Shown: positions 1 to 13,600 of the stretch, in pieces
Layout of the letters: each line of letters starts with the position of its first letter
Position numbering within the stretch: the first letter of the stretch is position 1
Origin: Tubulanus polymorphus
Taxonomy: Eukaryota; Animalia; Nemertea
Length of the DNA: 64,000 bases
Direction: 5' to 3'
NCBI RefSeq assembly: GCF_964204645.1
Contig: NC_134034.1
Coordinates: forward strand, 9,188,962-9,252,961
Notes under the pieces: model-generated
Database searches by the model: none
What the model was told of the DNA's origin: nothing
The model's input: the letters and a program-made list of their open reading frames with translations, nothing else
Program-made: the position numbers and the translations under genes

Positions 1-164
1 AATTGCCAAACTGGTTTGTATTGACGAAATTGTAACAATTGTTCTAAAAACATCTTCTGATTAGTCTCGACACCACTCCAAATAAATATATAGTCCTGCT
101 GGATGGTCTGCAAGTGCCCCTTCAGTTCAGTAAACGAATTGTGCCCCATCGATAAAACCAGTTT

Positions 165-520
165 CATTGCCAATATGTAAAATCTTATCTAAGGTCAGGG
201 GTTCGTTAAGGAAGAAAAATTCGTGAACTTTACGGCGATAAATGCTGAGCAAGAAATCATCCAGTTTCTTTTTTTCTTCATTGATTTTAACTGTTCGTTT
301 TTGTGGGGTTAAAACCTTGCCTTCTCTCTTTTTCTGCTGTCTTACTCTTTGGATACTGTTGTAGCCTATAGCAGTAGCTTGAGCTGTCCTTTTAATAGTT
401 TCTTCAACGGTTTTGAGTCATATCTCAAGTATTCAAAACACATTCAAAATGATATTTCGCTCTTTTGATGATGTTGGTGTTCCTCTCTTTCTCTTCGAAT
501 TTACTGTGTTGATGGTGTCT
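165..520 (-). pseudogene. Tc1/IS630-like transposase N-terminal fragment
   Basis: Manual minus-strand translation KERNIILNVF...KRTAQATAIG...LDDFLLSIYRRKVHEFFFLNEPLTLDKIL resembles the N-terminus of animal Tc1/IS630-like transposases; frameshifted, no catalytic domain seen. Confidence 0.4.
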
Positions 521-1189
521 CACAGGCAGTAGCGGATCCAGGTGCATCTTGTGACTATGTCAACCAAAAAAAGGCATATATCTACAATTTAGGGCGTATC
601 AGCAAAATTTAGCGCCGCAGGGGCGAAATGCGACCGTCGTAGACGCGACGCCAACAGCGGGGGTCTGGGGTCCTCCACAAATTTTTGAAATTTAACTATC
701 ATTTTAGAGCTTTCTGAGCATCTCTGAGAGGTATTTAGTCAAGAAACATAGGTTATATATATTCAGGAAAAATATCTAATTATTCAAAATTTATTAACAA
801 TCATATCAATAAAATCCACTGTACTAACTAAAATATGTCAGTGTTTTTAATCATCATTATCCTGGAGATTGCAACATTTAGTTCTAGCAAGCATAGAGAC
901 ATTTCAATTGCTCCATATTTTCAAATCAGATTTGAAAATATTCCACATCTTAGCATTAAAATTGATTCAGAACAATTACAGTCCTAGAAGATTGCAACAT
1001 CCCTCAACAGATAATGGCACTTAGGTTATTATTACACAATGAAGCTACCTTCATTTATAAGACTGATTTATAAGATATGATTTGTGGATAAGTAGATAAC
1101 TATTTAACAATCAATTTTGAAATGATAATTAAGTCGAAAATAATAAAACATAACACATATACAAAACACTAGTTATTTCAAAATGATAA

Positions 1190-3520
1190 TCAAGTAAAAA
1201 ATAAGAAAAGATAACCTAAAGATTTAGATGTGATTGCACATTCAAGCGATTTTGTGTCATGGTACTCCTCATACAGGTTTTCAGGCGACAAAGTACAACT
1301 GGTAATTGGGAGGGTAGCCATGATGACAAGTGCTGTATATATGTTTGGAAATGCTGCCTTGTTACATTTCATTAAGAGCTGTACCAATGACTCTGGAACT
1401 TCCTTTTTATCATTAACCATTTTGATCCAGTAAGATTGCCCAACGGACATCTCAGAAGGCAACAAAGAAATTAAAGGTAAGTTTTCTTTGTAGTTATCAC
1501 AGAATTGTGTGAATTCTGGTTTCCAATTATCCAAATTCATGGTTAAGTAATCTGGTAGTGCTGTAAATCCCTTGAATACATTCTCCTGGCCACTTTTAAA
1601 CCGATCTTTCAACTCTTGAGACAGGTGATCAAGGAGAGGGATACATACTTCTTCATGCGTCTCTACAGCATGGTATGCTCAATTTCTCTGCCGAACACAT
1701 GTACGTGGTTGTTTAATTTCAATGTCTAGTACTTGGGCCATGTGTCACGCTTGTTCAAACCAAACCGAGTACTGTGCATCAACATTATCTCTTGATTTTT
1801 GGCGAACCGTAGGTTTGCCTATGCAAATGGTCTGATGAAGCAGTAGTCATTGAAAATGAATAGAGTACCGGTGTGTCAACAAGGCACAAACATTGGCTGT
1901 TGAACCAATAGTGTTGATTTTTGGTGTCATGGTTTGGCCTAATGAGTTATCGAGCCCACAAAAATTTCATAGTGATCGAGTTATTTTTAGGGGACTTATT
2001 CTTGAAAAACACACAAAAACCCTGCTTTTTAGCACTCAGTAATGGCACGTTTTTACATATGACAATTTGCATGCTTGGAATTGAAATATATAAAAGTTCA
2101 ATCCTTCCTGGAAGTGTTGCCGTTTTTAGTTCGACTGATCTCAATGTACTTTTCGACCTACAGGCCCTCACTTTATAAACCCCCTAAATTTCCTCGCTTC
2201 TATTTATTTGAGTTGGCCTTGTAACCTGAGCTACAATGAATGTGATTGGCTGTTTGTGGGATATACGGGACATTCCGGGAATTTCGCCATTTGTGATGTC
2301 ATTGGGAAAGCCCATTGGGAAAGCCTAATGTGAAACCCAAAACAAAATGGCGCGCATTTTATTGTATTTGTTTTGATTTCTAGAAAAAAAATCTGTATAT
2401 GTTTGCATTTTTTACATTTAGTCGATGGATGGCTTCTGACTTGTGAAATTGCGGTCAATCTAATACTGCGTCGCTAGTACATTTGTATATACGCGCGTCA
2501 GCTGTCAGCCGCGTGTGTGCGAATATAAGTTACAGTTTGTGGTGCGTTAATAATCACCTGAGCGAGTCTATATATAGGCAATTATAGTATACACAATTCA
2601 ATTCAATTCTTTCTACACAGCACTCTCACACATCTGCAGGCGCATAAATTGTCAGCCTCATACTTTTCTAATCCAAATTAATTCATATTTAGTATAATAT
2701 TTTTGACAATATATGCACTCAATGATTTAATGGGGAGCCACAGGGCCATTGGACCTTTATTTAACTCCTTCTATTACTGAATCAATGAGAACATCTTGGT
2801 CAATGGACTGAAGCTTTAGTGTTAACCCACCTGTCATACAGATGATTTCTCGCACAAGAACAAAAGCGATGATAAACTGGAAATCAGTCAACTGGGTAAA
2901 GAGACCATTTGCTTTTCGTACTGATTCAGGTAGCCAGGTGCGACTTTCTTTAGACCGAATTATATTGTGAGTCCAAAATCCCAATGCCTGTGTCGCTGTA
3001 GATCTCCATGACTTGAAGTCGCTTGATCCACCTTGTCTGGCAAATATCAGGCAATTTATATTGCCTAGCACCCGGACAAAGCTCCTTCACTCGCTTTTTA
3101 AACAGTTCCTCTCGTTTTAGAGAAAATGTGAAAAACCTTGACCATTCTGCAAGGCAGTCCATCATATTCCTAGCCAATTGGACAGTGGCTGTCCGCACCA
3201 CACACAGATTAAGCCTGTGTGAGGCACAGTGTATGTACAGAGCTTTCGGATATCGTTGCTTTATTCTAGTTAAAGCACCCTGTACACACCAGACATATTT
3301 CCTGCGCCATCATAGCATTGTCCAATGCAGTTGTTCACGTCTAGTCCCATATCCTTTACATTTTTCAATATCAATTTTGAGATGGCCTCATCAGATGTTC
3401 CTTCTTTACAGTGAATGATTCTTGAATGTTACCGGTCTCATCGACATATCGCATAACAAGTGGCATCTGCTCTACATTTGATGAATCAGTAGCCTCATCA
3501 GCTAATATGCGGAAAAACGT
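1190..3520 (-). pseudogene. hAT transposase pseudogene
   Basis: Motifs FRILADEATDSSNVEQMPLVMRYVD, GQCYDGAGNMSG, YIHCASHRLNL, CQTRW and the C-terminal dimerisation motif FPNIYTALVIMATLPITSCT; frameshifts; split by an insertion of ~950 bp. Confidence 0.85.
1805..2760. mobile_element. Unclassified non-coding insertion within the hAT transposase
   Basis: hAT coding sequence stops at ...IEGVK (~2760) and resumes at ...SRDNVDAQYSVWF (~1800); the intervening DNA has no recognisable coding. Boundaries approximate. Confidence 0.4.
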
Positions 3521-4933
3521 AATTTTCATCTGGTACAAATGTACGCTTCATTATCATACATTTTTTTCCAAGAGCATCACTATAGCAAACACCCATTCTC
3601 CCATTTTCATCACCTATCAGTATATGACTCGTTATCTGACCACAATCAGCGTCACTTTTACGATGGCAATAGCATGAAATATTGTGCGTCAATGCAACTG
3701 CTCTTGTTTGACATATACATTCCATATGACACTGACAGTTAGTTTTAATTCCTACTAAACAAATGATCTTTCTAACATAATGCCCATCATAAACGAAACA
3801 GTTACACCTATAATATTTTTCACTATAGCTATATGTGTCAACGGTCTTTGACTTAAATTTCATTCTATGATAAAAGTTATCCACAATGAATTCATTTGCT
3901 CCAATCATATTTTGAATGGGCCGAGTCTCGACGACAGATAATGGGCGTTTGATTCCAGCACCAAAGAAATTTCCATCTTCAATAGCAGTTACATTTTTGG
4001 TTAAGGGAAAGCCTCTTGCAAGACAATCAAATAAATTCTTAACACGGTACGATTTATTTTCACTGATTATATTATACTCACAGACAAGCTCTTTACATGT
4101 TTCAGGAAAAGAAATGATCGTACGACTTGGCATGGTACACCACGTGTGCCATTTATCAATTCTTTCAGTTTCCGCCCTTCACCTTCAAAAATGAATGCCG
4201 ATGAGGCCCATATAGGTCCACAATTTCTTACACTTTCAACTAAATGCAATAACAAATGGGAATTGTATGTGCAGTTTTCGATACCATACATATCTTGCAT
4301 TTCAAAAACAAATTTCTTCAACTTCAAATCGATTGACTTTAGCTTTTCCTCTGTAACCACAGGAAGTAATAATTCATAATTGGCACTTGACAATAGTAGC
4401 CAGTGATTCATATATTGCACTGGTAATATTCCCGAAAGTACAGTTGGCGAAACGATTAAAAAGAATCTCCATTCATTTCCTTTCGAAAATTTCCTAACAG
4501 AAAGAGATCTTGGTTTTCTTGTTATTTCGCAAGGTGTTTTTATCACTTTCAGCCTGCGATAGATCTGGTCAATCTTATTTCCAATGTAATATGGTGACCT
4601 AGTATCATCACACCAATGCACAACAATCCTACGAACAACCCCCAGACACACATTATGAAGATATTCGCCAGTAAAACTATGAACGATATCAAATGAAGGA
4701 AGAAGCATAAGATCGCTTAAGCCTTTCACACCCATGCAAGCTTCATCTGTATTAATTGCTTGTCTTGCATAGCCAATTGTCTGCGCATGATTACGAAGTG
4801 CTGGTAATGGAACTTCCATAGGATACACGATTTCCAGCAGCCATGCGTTGCCCAGGATGCTTGCAAGCTGGGCAGCCATATTCTCCATTAAACTGCTAAT
4901 AGTTTTGCAGTTTACTTCGTGCAGGCGAGTCAC
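3521..4933 (-). pseudogene. EnSpm/CACTA-like transposase, C-terminal part
   Basis: ORFs 4067-4933 and 3498-4133 contain EYLHNVCLGVVRR, ITRKPRSL, KGNEWRFF and YNSHLLLHLVESVRNCGPIWASSAFIFEG, typical of animal EnSpm-like transposases. Confidence 0.75.
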
Positions 4934-5269
4934 ATATGCACATCAAATTTACAATTTTTGAGGTCTTTATACCTGTGGCTGAATTCCATTCCACTCCATT
5001 CAACTCAAGATCCCTCACTTCATGGACAAAGTGATACAAGAAATTTCCATGCATGTTTGGCGCTCTATTGCCAAACCATTAACCAGCTAGAATATGATAT
5101 GCGATGTTTTGACGAGCACTTAATGTTAAGTAGACGAGCAAATTCGATGTTTCGTTTTGACGGGTTAAAACTGAAAGTTTGACGTGTGAAGAATGAAAGT
5201 TTGGCGGGTAAAATATGAAAGTTTGACGGTTAAATTTGATGTTTCATTTTGACAGAATATCTATGCCAT

Positions 5270-6005
5270 AATTTCGAAAGCATACGATCGGGATTACCAT
5301 CAGGTGTTGTTGCTGCGCACCAATAGAGATGGTTAATCATTGACTTGCACCATTCGTTTAAGATTTCACAATTCTTTTCCTTTGCTTTCGTTAAACCTTC
5401 TTCTAACATAATATTTAAAACATTGACAATGAATTCTTGTCCAGTTATCTTGAAACCAAGTTGACAGTTTTCTTTCAAGTAAGGTTGAAATTGCATTCAA
5501 TAACCTCACAAATGAACTTGAATATGCTTACTAATTGCTAAATGCGATGATTTATTTCGGGGATATTATCTCGAACCCACTTCTTAATTTGGACATGTCA
5601 TTCTATCACAATTTTTTAAATTGGCAAGTTGCCCCTTTTTTAGATATTCAATACATCTGATATTTTCTGATATGTAAATTATCTCCTACATGTACGAGCT
5701 GGACATCCAAAATTTTGTTTACATTCATTTCAAGCACCGAATGAGAGCCATATTTTGCGCAATGACCTGGACTATCTGATGGCCCATCACCACCAAGTTC
5801 TAATGGGGTTTCTGACCTTTGTAGAGCCTCAACCACTTCTGTTTCCTCAATCTTCCAGCATGATTCGATGGCTGGCCACAGATACTGATTCTGATGTCCG
5901 AAGAAGGTGTTTGGGTGGAACACAGCACAACCAAGATTTCTCATGACTTAAATAACTTTGCCAACTGTGGCACCAGAAAACAGAATAGCCGCCGAATTTT
6001 CCTGT
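5270..6005 (-). pseudogene. Kolobok-type DDE transposase fragment
   Basis: LGGDGPSDSPGHCAKYGSH...KILDVQLV and WCKSMINHLYWCAAT; same family as the transposase of the Kolobok at 20091-24037. Confidence 0.7.
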
Positions 6006-6054
6006 AAAAAAATGAAATATAGTGTTTGAGAAAGCAATCCAATTATAAGAATTA

Positions 6055-6990
6055 TTATTTGTTTCGTCCGCTGTAAGGGTATTTCACTTCAACTAAGATA
6101 TCGTCTCTGATTAATCCATCGGGTGATGCTGCCAGATATGGTCTGTCAACACAAATAAAAAGACCAGCTTCAGTGACCAACAAACATTCTTTTTCTTCCA
6201 TCTTGTAGATTGCCTTTTTTTCATCTAGCTGGCCATGAATAACTGCAGCCATATTCAATGGTGGTGGGTTTGCGATCTCCTGGCGCAGTTTCTCCTTGTT
6301 CCTGCCTTTTCTGGTGCCATAACTTGCACTCATTTTGTTTTTGGGTAATTCTTTCAATGGCGACTGCCTTTGCCTCAGTAACCTGCAAAAAAAGAAGTAA
6401 ACATTCGTTGCTTTGACAGATGTAAAGTTACTAAGAAATCATTTCAGTTTAATTTCAGTCTACTTACCCTTGTGGATTTTTCTGTCCAATAGTGTGTGAA
6501 CAGCTTTTCTAGATAGGCATGGTCCTGTGCTGCAACTTGAATATTGGCCTTGTAATACATATATCTCAAGGTGATGTCCTTTATGGTATTGGAACAGTAA
6601 TCGAACAAGGGACCGAAAGCGGTCATTATAACCGGGCATGTTTCTATACTGTTGTGGCCTTGGGTCATCCGAGTTGTCAACATTTTTGTCTTCCGGAGAT
6701 TCCGTGCTTTGGTAGGTGACCCTGAAATATCATACTATCACTAAATTAGTCTGAAACTGCAAATCCTGTAAATTTAACACTTCCATACCTTGGTAATTTA
6801 TTTTGGTTTATGAAATATTTGAAGATCTTCTGTACAACTTTTGCCAATTAAAAGTTCACAGTCGAAATAAACTCTTCAAGCACTACTAAAACTGCAGCCA
6901 GATGTTTGCAGGTGCCATGGGGCCCTTGACCTGCTGGGCATTCTCAATGGGAATTCTTAACATCAGGTGTCTTACTGCAGAACTTGAAAT
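6055..6990 (-). pseudogene. SWIM zinc finger plus YqaJ/lambda-exonuclease gene fragment (ISL2EU ORF2-type), intron-containing
   Basis: AGLFICVDRPYLAASPDGLI..DILVEVKYPY (YqaJ); ECPAGQGPHGTCKHLAAVL (SWIM) near 6890-6950; GT/AG intron signals. Confidence 0.7.
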
Positions 6991-7038
6991 CCCACGCTTC
7001 AAATTTTAAATTATACGATCAAATTTATTATGAAACTA

Positions 7039-7074
7039 CAACATTTCGGCTGTAGACTAACAGCCATTATCAGG
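7039..7074 (-). ncRNA. Degenerate minimal hammerhead ribozyme-like motif (Penelope-like element remnant)
   Basis: Minus strand CCUGAUAAU-GGCUGU-UAGUCU-ACAGCC-GAAAUGUUG: CUGANGA box with a G-to-A change, perfect 6-bp stem II, then GAAA. Confidence 0.4.
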
Positions 7075-7439
7075 TGGAATGACCAGCAATACAAGTAACA
7101 GAGCATATAAACTCGCAGGATCTAAATTTGAAGCAATGTGTTGAAACTAAAGATAAACAGACCAAGCAATAAAAACATCAAGGGATACAGTAGAAACCAC
7201 AGCAATTCTAAACAGTTCAGAGTAAAAACAAATTATTTAACTAAGGGAGCATCTCAAAATTTCAATAATTCCCGCAATTAGAATAACTGTCTAATTCGAT
7301 TTAACCCCGACCCAGTCAAAAAAAAGTTCACCAGTCGAAATAAACTCTTCAAGCACTACTAAAACTGCAGCCAGATGTTTGCAGGTGCCATGGGGCCCTT
7401 GACCTGCTGGGCATTCGCAATGGGAATTCTTAACGTCAG

Positions 7440-8312
7440 GGGCCGGTTTCACAAAGCGTAATTAACCCTTAATTATGATTAAATTACTAATCATGATTAA
7501 ATTATCATGATTTAATCAAGTTAGGTGTTTCACAAAACATAATTAACTTTAATTATAATTAAGTTAATTACAAAATTTAATTCTCCTCTAATTATCATCA
7601 TTAGTTTATTATCAAAAACAAAAAGCTGCAGATATTATTCATGGAATTTGGTGTTTATTAATTGACGACGGCAATTCCTACACTTATTCAGTTTTTCAGA
7701 TTGTTTGGCTCAAATAATCAGGATTTTTTGCCTTTTGTAAAAAAGGCATGTCAATACTCTAAATTCTATTGATTATTTTCAAACGTCCTATGTCTTTTTG
7801 TCAGCACGAGCACTACATACTTAGAAGTATTGAATTAATTGATTTTTCCCATACATATGATAGATTTCTGTCAGTAGAGTACATATCTATGGAGTTAGTG
7901 TTAAAAAGTGCTAATCACTGCTCGGAAATAAACCCCATTTACGAGGATTTTATTTTGCTGACTGGAGGTGAGTTTCTATTTAAAAACTTTTGAGACATCT
8001 TGCTAAGTTTTTCCACTGGTTCCTAAGACCTTTCAGAGCAATCTTTAACTCCCAAAGAAGTGAATTTCTCTTTTCCTCTTAACAAGGAAGGTTGTTGATG
8101 CTTGGAGAGCAAATGGCTGTCTAAAGTTCCGCCATTTTGATACAGTTAAATTGTAATTAAGTTGCCTAATTGTGTAATTAGTTCATTTTGTAATTAAACC
8201 CTTTCGTGAAACCGAATTTTAATCGTAATTAACTAATCATGATTAAGGAAATTTAATCATGATTTAGGTCCTAATTATAATTAAAGTGAATTATGCTTTG
8301 TGAAACCGGCCC
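7440..8312. mobile_element. PIF/Harbinger-type MITE with CAG target-site duplication
   Basis: TIRs GGGCCGGTTTCACAAAGC at both ends; CAG duplicated (7437-7439, 8313-8315); empty site CATCAGGTGTC in the first duplicate unit. Confidence 0.9.
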
Positions 8313-8878
8313 CAGGTGTCTGACTGCAGAACTTGAAATCTCACACTTCAAATTTTAAATTATACGATCAAATATATTATTATGAAACCTTCAGGTGGAA
8401 TGACCAGCAAAACAAGTAAGAAAGCATATAAACTCACAGGATCTAAAATAGAAGCAATGTGTTGAAACTAAAGATAAACAGACCAAGCAATAAAAACATC
8501 AAGGGTACAGTAGAAACCACAGCAATTCTAAACTGTTCAGAGTAAAAACAAATTATTGAACTAAGGGAGCATCTCAAAATTTCAATAGTTCCTGCAATTA
8601 GAATAACTGTCTAATTCGATTTAACCCCAGCTGCAATTCAAATTCAATTCAGTGTTATCTTTATTGCACTGCAATAAATCGATAGTTCGGCAGTCGTGAT
8701 GAATCCGCTGGAACCCCCCCCCCCCCCCACCCCTTCCGCAAATTATTCTAATGAGGAGCCGGTTACGCCGTGCGCTCCAATAGATGGTGCGCCTGATAGT
8801 AGGATAGGATAAATCCGGAAGTGCTGTGTTATCCTACTTGTTTCGCTTTAAAAACGCGATATTCCACTCTATCACGTC

Positions 8879-10404
8879 ATGCCAGCGCAATTTTGTGTTC
8901 CCGAATGCCATATAAAAGGTGGACATCGCTTCCCTAAAGACAAAACCGTCATAAAAAATAGATTCAGGCAGTGAAAGTGGCGAGAAAAACTGGCAAACGT
9001 GACAATGATCGTTTCATTAGTCTGTTCAAATCATTTTGATGAGGGAGACTACAATGAAACAACTTGCGAAGGTATTTACTTTTTTCCCATATAACTGAAT
9101 TAGATTGTGAAGGCTTTTATTTTTTATTGTATGTGGGATGTTAGAATGCATGCATGGATTCAATCAATGGCAATGCATCATTCATGTGTCGACCTATTGT
9201 ATCGTATTGCACTACATTGTGCAGAAGGGCTTCTTTTCATTCACGATGAGTAACATTTTGTAGGGGACAAATTTAAGATTCCTTCATCGAAAAAGGATGC
9301 AGTGCCTTACAAATTTCGGTGCATCCAGTTATCATCTGAGAAAACGACAGCCAATAAGGCACAAAACAACAGAGCACAAAAGAGATTGAAACTGGACGAT
9401 GATGACATAGGATTAAACAGCCCCATGGACATCGGCGCTTTTGAGACAATCTACACCACTCTCCCTGGAATTGAGGGTGAGTGCCATGGCATTTCAAATC
9501 ATGAGATATTTTTGACTGGTAAAAGTTTGTTTTTATGAATTTCTATTTTTTAGGTTTGGTTAAAGATGCCGAATGCCAGACATATACGTTAAAAACATGT
9601 GTCACGTCTCATAAAAGTTCACAGACAATCAGTCACAAAATTTCGGCGCAGGCATATGCACGAAATGACAGTTTCTTTCACAAGTATACTGGTCTGGAGT
9701 CGTATAGCAACTTAAAAATGATCGTAACATCTTTTGGAAATAGTATTCAGGATTGAACTATTATTTTGTTTCATTCCATCCATGGATATTGAAGATCAGT
9801 TCTTTCTGACCCTAGTTAAACTCAGTTTGAATAGACTAAACTGGGAAATTGCTGACATGTTTAAAACATCTGAAGTAAGCAACATTTTTGTAAAAATGAT
9901 AAATTTCATTTACTGTCATATGAAAGATTTAAACTGGTGGCCATTGAATCAAAAGATCTTGTACGATACTATTCTCCAACAGATTTCCGTGCTAAATTTC
10001 CAACAATCAGGGTTATTGTTGACGGCACTGAAATTCCATTGAAAAAACCAAAGCAACCTGTGGCGCAGCAGGCAACATATTCGACGTATAAGAACCGAAA
10101 CACTGTTAAATGTTTAGTTCTTGTACGTTATGTGTCTGATGTATTTGGGAGATCAACCAGTGATCGTCAAATCTATGAACGCAGTAACCTTACAGGTATA
10201 GTTGACCCGGGTGACAGTATAATGGCCGATAAGGGCTTTAATGTCCAGGACCTATTTATATCAACTAATGTGGAAATCAATATCCCAGAATTCTGCACAA
10301 ACAAAAACAGAGTGTCGGATAGATCAGTCAGAAAAGACAGAAAAATTGCAAGCAATTGCGTGTGCATGTTGAGCGAATAATAGGACTTGCGAAGACATTT
10401 AAAA
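8879..10404 (+). pseudogene. THAP plus Harbinger-type DDE (DDE_Tnp_4) transposase of ISL2EU, split by the Helitron (continues at 17540)
   Basis: THAP MPAQFCVPEC..HRFPKD..VCSNHF; HKYTGL; IEDQFFLTLVKL; VIVDGTEIPLKKP, TYSTYKNRNTVK, IMADKGF, HVERIIGLAKTFK|ILTSPL. Confidence 0.85.
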
Positions 10405-10610
10405 CTAGCTAAATACCCGTCCCACGGACGGGGTTTTTTGATAAGGAATAATTTTAGAATAAAGCAATGCAAACGAAAAATGAACCAATATTAAATATAT
10501 ATCGTGAGTTTATTTCAAGCAAGGACTTATGATTTGTACATAGTATGTCATTGTAATTGCCATGATGTAACAGTTTATAATAGACTAAATGTACGGTATA
10601 ATACCACCAA

Positions 10611-13600
10611 TTATCCACCCAATACCTCTGGGTACACAATGTTTTTGATTTGAGCTGGATTTGAAGAGTAAACAAAGAGTGAAGATGGTGTGCCTACACG
10701 TGATAGGGCAACATACAACATGCCATGGCTGAAGACGGGGTTGTCTAGATCAATGCCAACTGCAGTGAATGTCTGTCCTTGTGCTTTATTTATTGTCATT
10801 GCAAAGCACGGTCTAACAGGGAACTGGAGCCGTCTAAACTGGAAGGGAAGGTCACTGTCAGATGGTATAAGAGGAATGCGAGGGATGAACGTTGTGTGAC
10901 CTTTAGATGGACCAGTCAAAATGATTGCCTCAATAACATTTGGGTGAAGATGTTTCAATACACATCGAGTTCCATTGGTTATGTGGGGAGGGTTTAGGGA
11001 GCGCAAAACGATGATTGGTGCACCTACTTTCAAATGAAGTGTGTGTGGTGGAAGTCCTGGAATATCAAGGGTATTCAGGAATTCAACAGGGAAATGTATT
11101 GCCTCATCAGGTGTGAGTGTACTATCCACCGACTTGTAAGTGTGCATGTTACCAGGGAAGTCAGACATTATCTTGAAGTTGATGGTATTCACATTTTCAT
11201 TCAGGGGGCAAAGAATTGTTCGCTCAGCTAACCACGTATGATTTGAGTATTGTGTCTGCAGATTAGGATACACAGCATTGATCATTTCGTCAGTACTACC
11301 AACTGTGTGGATAGTATCAGGCAATTTAATGAAATCAGGTTGTTCTATAATAGGATAGGTTCCATTACCCACATCCATAAGAAACTGCGCGAAACACTCG
11401 GCATCGCGATCATTGTGGAGGTGTACACGCATGTTGGTTTTCAAATGGTGAACTGTAACATTCGCCCATAAACTCGATTTTTTCAATGAGGCATCAATTA
11501 TGTTTGCCTTTGTCCCATTCCTTACAACGGGAAGAATCTGACGGAAATCCCCACAGAGCAATGTAGGTATTCCTCCCATTGGTAATTCATTTGAACGGAT
11601 GTCCTGCAAGCTGCGGTTGAGTGTTTCAAAAACCACTCTGTGGAGCATTGGTGCCTCATCGACAATGATAGCAGATGCATCTTTGATGACAGAAGCTAGG
11701 GCAGACTGCATGGGTATATTGCACATTGGCTTGTCTTGTCGATGTACATCTAACGGTACTTTAAATGTTGAGTGGACTGTTTTTCCACCGGCTAAGAGTG
11801 TTGCTTTTATTCCACTGGAAGCTGTTGCCAACACGATGTTGCCTTGGGAGCGAATAAATGCAAGTAGCAAATTCAACAGATAGGTTTTGCCAGTTCCTCC
11901 AGGTGCATCAAGGAAAATAATTCCATGGGAGCCTGATGAAAGTAAAGAAATGAAGCTGTCGAAAACCTTTCCTTGCTCATCTGTCAGATTTTCTATGTTC
12001 TGTTGATAGATATGTAATTGTTCATCACGGTCATATGCAATCTGCGCAGCATAATCTCTTGAGAGCTGCTGTGAAGGTGCTTCAGTAGGCATGGGTAGAC
12101 CATAGGTATCAAGTGGTTTTCCCGAAATTTGAAGGACACGATTCGAAATGTCAATCAGAGCCATGCCATATATGCTATTGCTATATGGCATGTCTTCTTT
12201 GGCACTGTTTATTCTTTGTTCATGGAGGAAGTCTTCTGATAATGAGTCCCGATGGGCTTGCCAAAGGCCTAGTGGGTTTGACGGTTCACATGATGTCAAA
12301 ATTACGGCAAACAGCAAGCGCAGAACACGGGGTGATTTACATATAGCAGCTTCAGTTAATGCAAGCAGGAGGTGGTCATCATTCTCAATTAGACCCTGTT
12401 GTAGGCAAGCTTCACGATATGAATCGAATGTCTGTCCATCTGCAGTCCGAACAGCAGCAAAAGATGTTGGTCCTTTGACATAGTGCAGCAAAAGTCGCAA
12501 GAAGTAGCATTCAGATAGTTTAGGACTAACAGTGTAAACACGTCCTATGCAGTCTGTAGAGAATATTCCAGGGTGACAGGAGTGGGGTGTCCCACGTTTT
12601 CTTCTGGTCCATGTTTTTGTTGCTTTTTGCCAAACATAATACGTCGGTAGCTCTGCATAAAGCAGGGTTTGTGCAAATGTGTCACGTTGGCATAATGAGA
12701 AGAATTCAGTCAAAGTGGTTTTGGGTGGCTCATTGAGTGCCTCTTGCATGGCAGTGCTTTCAGTGAAGTACACTCGCTGTTCATTCTCTAAATGTACTGC
12801 TAGTTGAACCACTGGTGGGTAGTGTTCATGCATTGGAAACTCAAATAAACGCCATGCTGCTTCTGTGCTCCCCACATACCTACCATGTTGAAAGTTAGAC
12901 ACTTCGTCAGTTGCAACAGCAAAAACTGCTTGATCAGCTCCTTTTGTTATGTACTTAAAAACATATTTAATGCTTTTGATAGACATACACAACTCTACAT
13001 TGGCATGTGCATCAATCTGCCTTATTAACCATGGGTTATAAGGAACAAGACATCGGTTATCAATTTCATATGTCTGCCTTTTGCCATTAATTGTTACAGG
13101 TATTGTAGCTGTATGACCCCCACACTCTGGTGAAGGGCGTCTGTATTTTGGATAACCATCATTCCCCAATTCTGTATGTTCTAGGAAAGGCTTTGGAAAG
13201 CTTTTTGAACAGCTACTGTTGATCATACATGGGGAATGCCGATTTATGTTACCGCAAGGCCCATGAACCATATTCTTGGTAACGATTTTATGAAGTTCTG
13301 GTTCAGAATGTGGACATGGAATAGTGGCCCATACAACTTCATCAATTTTCTTGTTTCCCTGAGTTAACCATAGAAGTATGTGCGCATGGGGCAAGCCTCG
13401 TTTCTGGTATTCTATGGAATACAACCAAGCTGCCAAAGTACCAAAGCAACCGGACTTGAAAGCATTGAGCAAAGAGCGGAGCTTGAGTCTGAAAACTCTG
13501 GCTACAATGTCCGGTCTATCCTGGGGTGACATATTGGGTGGTAGTTGTGATGTTATTTCTGACCATTTAGGATTTGTTGTAATTGTGATGAACAGGTCAG

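Larger units (their letters stand above)
527..3520 (-). mobile_element. Truncated hAT DNA transposon (P52rIPK/ZMYM1-like, Tip100 group)
   Basis: hAT-type terminus CAGTAGCGGATCCAGG at 527; transposase remnants inside; the other end is lost at a junction near 3520. Confidence 0.7.
6855..8629. repeat. Tandem duplication of a ~455-bp unit (6855-7309 and 7328-8629, second copy interrupted by a MITE)
   Basis: Near-identical sequence CAGTCGAAATAAACTCTTCAAGCAC...CGATTTAACCCC occurs twice. Confidence 0.9.
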
